Assembly (NCBI GenBank): GCA_963627985.1
Contig: CAVGDP010000017.1
Span: 1 to 41,957, forward strand
Length of the DNA: 41,957 bases
DNA from: an uncultured Eubacteriales bacterium
Lineage (GTDB): Bacteria > Bacteroidota > Bacteroidia > Bacteroidales > P3
Direction: 5' to 3'
Shown piece after piece: positions 36,959 to 41,957 of this stretch. A program made the position numbers and the translations under genes. The notes beneath the pieces were generated by a model, which was given only the letters and a program-made list of their open reading frames with translations, made no database searches and was not told the DNA's origin. Every line of letters starts with the position of its first letter. Position 1 is the first letter of the stretch.

Positions 36959-36966
36959 TAATTTTG
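36959..36966 (+). promoter_or_regulatory. TAnnTTTG -7 box for the arginine decarboxylase-like gene
   Basis: TAATTTTG followed by CA lies 75 nt upstream of the ATG at 37041. Confidence 0.4.
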
Positions 36967-37040
36967 CAATCTTAAAGTAAGTTGATTGGATTATTAAATT
37001 TTTACTAAACTAAATAGATTAGATAGACATAAAAAAAGAA

Positions 37041-38438
37041 ATGAAAAATAAGTATATTGATCTTATTGAACAGACATTTGAGTTTCCGCAAGACGAATTT
37101 TCTGTGACAGGGAGCGAATTAAATTTCCACGATATCCCATTGATGGACATTATTAAACAGTATGGAACGCCGTTGAGATTGACTTATTTACCCAAAATAT
37201 CTTTTCAAATTCAAAGAGGCAAACGTTTTTTTAATGTAGCAAGAGCAAAATTAGATTACAAAGGTACATATAATTATTGTTATTGTACAAAATCTTCGCA
37301 TTTTGCTTTTGTTTTGGATGAGGTATTGAAAAATGAGGTTAATTTGGAAACTTCTTCCGCTTTTGATATTAATATAATTGAGGAATTGTATAACCAAAAA
37401 AAGATAACTAAACAACAATTTATTATCTGTAATGGGTTTAAGCGTCCGCAATACATTGAGAATATTTGTCATTTAATTGATGATGGTTTTTGCAATATTA
37501 TACCGATTATTGACAATATAGAGGAGTTGGATGCTATGGATAAGCGAGTTAATGTTGATTGTAATGTTGGTATTCGCATTGCAACAGAGGAGGCTCCGCA
37601 ATTCGATTTCTATACTTCTCGGTTAGGAATTCGTTATAACGAAATACTTGATTTCTACAAAAGTAAAATACAAAATAATCCTAAATTCAAACTAAAAATG
37701 CTTCATTTCTTTATTAATACGGGTATAAAAGATACGGCGTATTATTGGAGTGAATTGGGTAAGTGCGTTAATGTTTATTGCGAATTGAAAAAGATTGCTC
37801 CTTATTTGGATAGTTTGAATATTGGTGGGGGATTTCCGATTAAGAACTCGTTAGGTTTTGAGTACGATTACGAATATATGACCGAGGAAATCTTGGGACA
37901 AATCAAGGATATTTGCAATAAAAACGATGTTGAGGAACCAAATATCTTTACTGAGTTTGGATCATTTACTGTTGGTGAATCTGGATGTATTCTTTACTCT
38001 ATTATAGACCAAAAACACCAAAATGATAGGGAACTTTGGTACATGATAGACTCGTCTTTTATAACAACCCTGCCGGATACTTGGGGAATAGGACAGAGAT
38101 TTATATTGTTGCCGATAAATAAATGGAATAATGAGTACGGAAGAGTATTTTTAGGAGGATTAACTTGCGATTCGCAAGATTATTATTCGGCAGAAACTCA
38201 TTCTAATGCGATATTCTTGCCAAAATTTCAAAATAATGATAACGAACCTTTGTATATAGGATTTTTTCATACGGGGGCATATCAAGAAACATTGGCAGGA
38301 TATGGAGGAATACAGCATTGTTTGATTCCTCAACCGAAACATGTTATATTAGATAAGGATGAAAATGGAGAATGGACCACAAAATTATTCGCCAAAGAGC
38401 AGTCGCATAAGGCTATGCTCAAAATATTAGGATATTAG
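37041..38438 (+). CDS. speA: PLP-dependent group IV (Orn/DAP/Arg) decarboxylase, probable arginine decarboxylase
   Basis: 465 aa with the PLP-Lys context YCYCTKSSH, the glycine loop LNIGGGFPI and the Cys motif GGLTCDSQDY. Proximity to aguA/aguB supports arginine as substrate, but this is inference. Confidence 0.8.
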   Translation: MKNKYIDLIEQTFEFPQDEFSVTGSELNFHDIPLMDIIKQYGTPLRLTYLPKISFQIQRGKRFFNVARAKLDYKGTYNYCYCTKSSHFAFVLDEVLKNEVNLETSSAFDINIIEELYNQKKITKQQFIICNGFKRPQYIENICHLIDDGFCNIIPIIDNIEELDAMDKRVNVDCNVGIRIATEEAPQFDFYTSRLGIRYNEILDFYKSKIQNNPKFKLKMLHFFINTGIKDTAYYWSELGKCVNVYCELKKIAPYLDSLNIGGGFPIKNSLGFEYDYEYMTEEILGQIKDICNKNDVEEPNIFTEFGSFTVGESGCILYSIIDQKHQNDRELWYMIDSSFITTLPDTWGIGQRFILLPINKWNNEYGRVFLGGLTCDSQDYYSAETHSNAIFLPKFQNNDNEPLYIGFFHTGAYQETLAGYGGIQHCLIPQPKHVILDKDENGEWTTKLFAKEQSHKAMLKILGY

Positions 38439-38672
38439 GACTAAATATAAGATTAAATTGTATATAGAATTGTAGAGAAATTCTTTCCAAAGGGCGATTT
38501 GCAGATAGGAGAGAATTTTTTGCTATTATAATAAGAATAAGAAGGAAAGAGAAGATACGATTAAAGAATAATAATGGGATTTAATCAAAAGAAGAGAGGA
38601 TAAATTATATTATTAAATGGTTAATGAGAATGATATTAAAGAAAAGGTTAGCAGAGAATCAAAAATTTTTTG

Positions 38673-38680
38673 TAATTTTG
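38673..38680 (+). promoter_or_regulatory. TAnnTTTG -7 box for the MFS permease gene
   Basis: TAATTTTG followed by CA lies 30 nt upstream of the ATG at 38710, inside the N-terminal extension of the track ORF. Confidence 0.45.
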
Positions 38681-38709
38681 CAGACGTTTTGAATATATAT
38701 GATAATAAG

Positions 38710-39957
38710 ATGAAAAAGAGAAGTTATGCTTTCAGTCTTACCATAATTGGTATTTTGTATTTTACATTTGGATTTATTACATGGTTGAATAATCAATTGA
38801 TACCTTTTCTCAAAATGGCTTGTCAATTGTCTGATACGCAAGCGTATTTAGTTACATTTGCATTCTATATATCATATTTTGTGATGGCATTGCCTTCGGC
38901 AGAGATATTAAAGAAAACAGGTTTCGCAAAAGGTATGTCTTTGGGGTTATTGGTAATGGCATTAGGGTGTTTGATTTTCATACCTGCTGCAATGAGTAGA
39001 AATTATATAGTATTCCTAATAGGTTTATTCGTACAGGGAACAGGTTTAGCATTATTGCAAACGGCGGCTAATCCATACGTTACCATATTAGGACCAATAG
39101 AATCCGCAACTCAAAGAATGTGTATAATGGGATTATTCAACAAGATTGCAGGAATTATTGGTATTTATATTTTCTCCAAAGCGTTGCTTTCTAATTTTGA
39201 TACTATTTCGCACAATATTACTACTGCTCAAGGAATAGAACAAATTACTCTGTTAAATGATTTAGCAAACAGAATAATAGTGCCTTATATAGTTATGGCG
39301 TGTAGTTTGGTGTTGATATCTTTAATGGTTTATGTTGCAAAATTACCAGATATTAACGCTTCAAGTGATAGTGTGCTGGAGAAAGATGATAATAGAAAGA
39401 ACAAATTACCAATCTATCTATGGTTAGGTGTTTTGGCTTTGTTTTTCTATGAAGGAGCGGAAGTTATGGCAATAGATACTTTGGTACCTTATAGTAAAAG
39501 TATAGGTTTGTCGGATACTGTTTATTCCAAAATAGGAATGTTTGCTTTAGCTGCTTTACTAGTAGGTTATATATCAACAATAGTATTGATACCTAAATAT
39601 GTATCACAGACAAGAGCATTAATCTATTGTTCTATTTTATCGTTAATCTTTGTTTTAATCGCATTGCTAACGAGTGGTATTGTATCTCTGACATTTCTTA
39701 TTTTACTTTCTTTCTCCAATTCTGTAATGTGGGGAGCGATTTGGGCTTTGGCAATTGATAAATTAGGAAATAAAACATCGTTTGCTTCTGCTTTGTTGAT
39801 TATGGCAATTGTTGGTGGAGCACTTATACCATTGCTTTACGGAGGATTATCAGATTTATTAGATAATAAACATTTACCTTATATTTTATTTTTACCTTGC
39901 TACCTATTTATATTATGGTATGCTATTAAGGGGCATAAAATTGATAAAAAAGACTAA
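38710..39957 (+). CDS. sugar MFS transporter (glucose/galactose or fucose:H+ symporter type)
   Basis: 12-TM MFS pattern with an N-terminal FGFITWLNNQLIPFLK segment typical of the GluP/FucP group. The start was moved from 38617 to 38710 (MKKRSYAFSL) because of the promoter box and the non-hydrophobic extension. Confidence 0.85.
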   Translation: MKKRSYAFSLTIIGILYFTFGFITWLNNQLIPFLKMACQLSDTQAYLVTFAFYISYFVMALPSAEILKKTGFAKGMSLGLLVMALGCLIFIPAAMSRNYIVFLIGLFVQGTGLALLQTAANPYVTILGPIESATQRMCIMGLFNKIAGIIGIYIFSKALLSNFDTISHNITTAQGIEQITLLNDLANRIIVPYIVMACSLVLISLMVYVAKLPDINASSDSVLEKDDNRKNKLPIYLWLGVLALFFYEGAEVMAIDTLVPYSKSIGLSDTVYSKIGMFALAALLVGYISTIVLIPKYVSQTRALIYCSILSLIFVLIALLTSGIVSLTFLILLSFSNSVMWGAIWALAIDKLGNKTSFASALLIMAIVGGALIPLLYGGLSDLLDNKHLPYILFLPCYLFILWYAIKGHKIDKKD

Positions 39958-39960
39958 TTC

Positions 39961-41211
39961 ATGGCAAAAAACGATAAAACTATATGTATTTTCTGCGGAA
40001 GAGACGATAAGCATGTTAAGAATATGAATACGTCTATGTTTGAAGGCGTAGGTATATGCGAAGATTGTTTGAGGGCAATTAATAAATTTAACGCAGAAGA
40101 TAGAAAACAAGATACTATTAAGGGTAGTGGTGAGAGTATAGAATTGAAAACTCCCAAGCAAATCACTTCTTTTTTGGATCAATATGTAATAGGTCAGAAT
40201 AGAACCAAGAAAATACTTTCTGTTGCAGTTTATAATCATTATAAAAGATTGAATTACATTTCGCAAGGACGGAATATAGACGATGTAGAATTAGAAAAAT
40301 CTAATATAATAATGGTTGGACAGACAGGAACAGGTAAGACATTATTAGCACGTACGATAGCAAATCTATTGAATGTTCCTTTCTGTATTGCAGATGCGAC
40401 TACATTAACACAAGCAGGGTATGTGGGCGAAGATGTTGAGAATATTATTACACGTTTATTGCAAAATGCTAATTACGATGTAGAAAGAACCCAAAGAGGT
40501 ATTGTCTTTATTGACGAAATAGATAAAATAGCGAAAAAAGGAGACAATCCCTCCATAACAAGAGATGTTTCGGGCGAAGGAGTACAGCAATCTTTGTTGA
40601 AAATATTAGAAGGTACGATAGTAAATGTACCACCCGAGGGAGGAAGAAAACATCCCGAACAACGTTTTATTCAAGTAGATACAAGAAATATTTTATTTAT
40701 TGCAGCAGGTGCTTTTGATGGTATAGAAAGATCTATTGCCACAAGAATGAACTCGTATGCTATTGGTTTTGCAGAGTCATTGAAAAGAGAGTCTCTAAAT
40801 ACGGATAACTTCTTGAAATATGTACAGCCACAGGATCTTAAAAAGTATGGTTTAATACCAGAACTAATAGGTCGTTTTCCTGTTGTTACGTCATTAGACA
40901 ATTTAGACGCCAAAGCATTGAAACGTATTTTGATAGAACCTAAAAATGCTATCACAAAACAATATCAAAAACTTTTTGAAATGGATGGAAAGAAACTTTC
41001 TTTTCAAGAAGATGCTTTGGATTATTTTGTACAAATTGCCTTGGATTATTCTTTGGGAGCAAGAGGTTTGCGAGGTATAATGGAGAATGTAATGAATGAT
41101 TTAATGTACACTATTCCTGATAGCAAATCCAAAAAAGAAATAGTTATCACCAAACAATATGCGAAAGAAATATTGGATGGTCAGATGATGGAATTAAAAA
41201 AAATAAAATAA
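39961..41211 (+). CDS. clpX: ATP-dependent Clp protease ATP-binding subunit ClpX
   Basis: N-terminal zinc ribbon CIFCG...CEDC, Walker A GQTGTGKT and Walker [10 protein letters not shown]. Length is 416 aa. Confidence 0.97.
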   Translation: MAKNDKTICIFCGRDDKHVKNMNTSMFEGVGICEDCLRAINKFNAEDRKQDTIKGSGESIELKTPKQITSFLDQYVIGQNRTKKILSVAVYNHYKRLNYISQGRNIDDVELEKSNIIMVGQTGTGKTLLARTIANLLNVPFCIADATTLTQAGYVGEDVENIITRLLQNANYDVERTQRGIVFIDEIDKIAKKGDNPSITRDVSGEGVQQSLLKILEGTIVNVPPEGGRKHPEQRFIQVDTRNILFIAAGAFDGIERSIATRMNSYAIGFAESLKRESLNTDNFLKYVQPQDLKKYGLIPELIGRFPVVTSLDNLDAKALKRILIEPKNAITKQYQKLFEMDGKKLSFQEDALDYFVQIALDYSLGARGLRGIMENVMNDLMYTIPDSKSKKEIVITKQYAKEILDGQMMELKKIK

Positions 41212-41224
41212 TAATACATTAACG

Positions 41225-41812
41225 ATGAAAAAGATAATAATTCTATTTGTATTGGTTTGTGCATTATTCTCTCTAAAAGCACAAAATGGAGGAGGAATAA
41301 CAGTGTTTGGTACGATATATCAAGGAGATACTATTCCATTATCTTATTTGGAACCTGTTATTGTCAAAGGTTATGTTACTCCTTTGACACCTGCCGAACA
41401 GAAAAAGTATTCTAAACTGATTCGTAACGTTAGAAAAACTTATCCTTTGGCAAAACAAGTCCAACAGTTATACGATTCTTATTCTTATATGATAGAAAAT
41501 GCACAGAATGAGGCACAAATAGATAAAATAAAGAAACAAGCATATACGGATATAAAAAATAAATTCAAGGATAAGGTAAGTCATTTCAATAAAAGTCAAT
41601 CTCAATTGTTTTCTAAATTAATTTATCGCCAAACAGGTTATTCATCCTATAATCTAATTAAAACATTTGGCGGTGGATTGCGTGTAAAAATGGCTTCTGC
41701 TACTTCCAAAGCGGTGGGTATTAGTCTAAAAGATAAGTTTGACCCTCAAAATAATGAAGAGGATAGAATAGTAGAACGTATTATCTATTGTTTGGACGCA
41801 GGTAAGTTATAA
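41225..41812 (+). CDS. small secreted hypothetical protein (DUF4294-like from memory)
   Basis: 195 aa with a signal peptide (MKKIIILFVLVCALFSLKAQ). No catalytic motif found, and the family call is unverified. Confidence 0.6.
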   Translation: MKKIIILFVLVCALFSLKAQNGGGITVFGTIYQGDTIPLSYLEPVIVKGYVTPLTPAEQKKYSKLIRNVRKTYPLAKQVQQLYDSYSYMIENAQNEAQIDKIKKQAYTDIKNKFKDKVSHFNKSQSQLFSKLIYRQTGYSSYNLIKTFGGGLRVKMASATSKAVGISLKDKFDPQNNEEDRIVERIIYCLDAGKL

Positions 41813-41902
41813 TCAATAAATAAGAAGTCTTTTTACTTGGATAAGAGTGCAGAGAAATTAATTATTAGAAAAGAATAGAGTTGTCTTAAAGCAGAAACAT
41901 AA

Positions 41903-41957
41903 AAATAAAATCAATAACTATTCAAATAACTTCAATAACTATTCAAATAACTTCAAT
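41903..41957 (+). repeat. 21-bp phased tandem array, truncated by the window end
   Basis: AAATAAAATCAATAACTATTC / AAATAACTTCAATAACTATTC / AAATAACTTCAAT... The AACTTCAATA subtype also occurs in the 30130 array. Confidence 0.8.

Noticed and set aside
38617-38709. A 31-codon N-terminal extension of the MFS permease ORF (MVNENDIKEKVSRESKIFCNFADVLNIYDNK).
   Set aside because: It is hydrophilic and unlike MFS N-termini, it contains a TAATTTTG promoter box at 38673-38680, and the ATG at 38710 gives a typical MKKRS...TM1 start.

Overview
This is a visibly AT-rich chromosomal segment with Bacteroidota character: TAnnTTTG-type promoter boxes, type IX secretion (T9SS)/gliding genes, and outer-membrane proteins ending in Phe. 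About 25 apparently intact genes are tightly packed on both strands. They include an M13 peptidase, a GH20 hexosaminidase, tilS, a DPP-IV-like S9 peptidase and efp. A T9SS/gliding cluster follows (porU-porV-ispF-porP/sprF-gldJ), then holA, a TonB-dependent receptor, rpsA and an EamA transporter. An agmatine-route polyamine set (aguB, aguA, speA-like) is interrupted by a WG-repeat protein and a DUF4831-like protein. The window ends with a sugar MFS permease, clpX and a small secreted protein. I recognised no rRNA, tRNA, CRISPR array, transposase or integrase. Two things stand out. (1) A dispersed family of non-coding tandem arrays with a strict 21-bp period occurs at six intergenic loci (8033-8095, 12718-12801, 27625-27813, 30130-30276, 36580-36789, 41903 to the window end). 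The units share an AAAATAAAATCA-type 5' half and have a variable core. At least two copies also share a roughly 95-bp 3' module whose anchor strings sit at identical offsets. I do not recognise it as a named repeat family. (2) The only clear accessory locus (25044-27468, minus strand) reads as one about 807-codon frame for a type IIG/IIL-like restriction-modification fusion: an N-terminal PD-(D/E)xK-like motif, then a gamma-class N6-adenine methyltransferase, then a C-terminal region. That frame is broken by one frameshift at an A7 tract and two in-frame stop codons. All protein-family calls rest on motifs read by eye and remembered family signatures, not on database searches.
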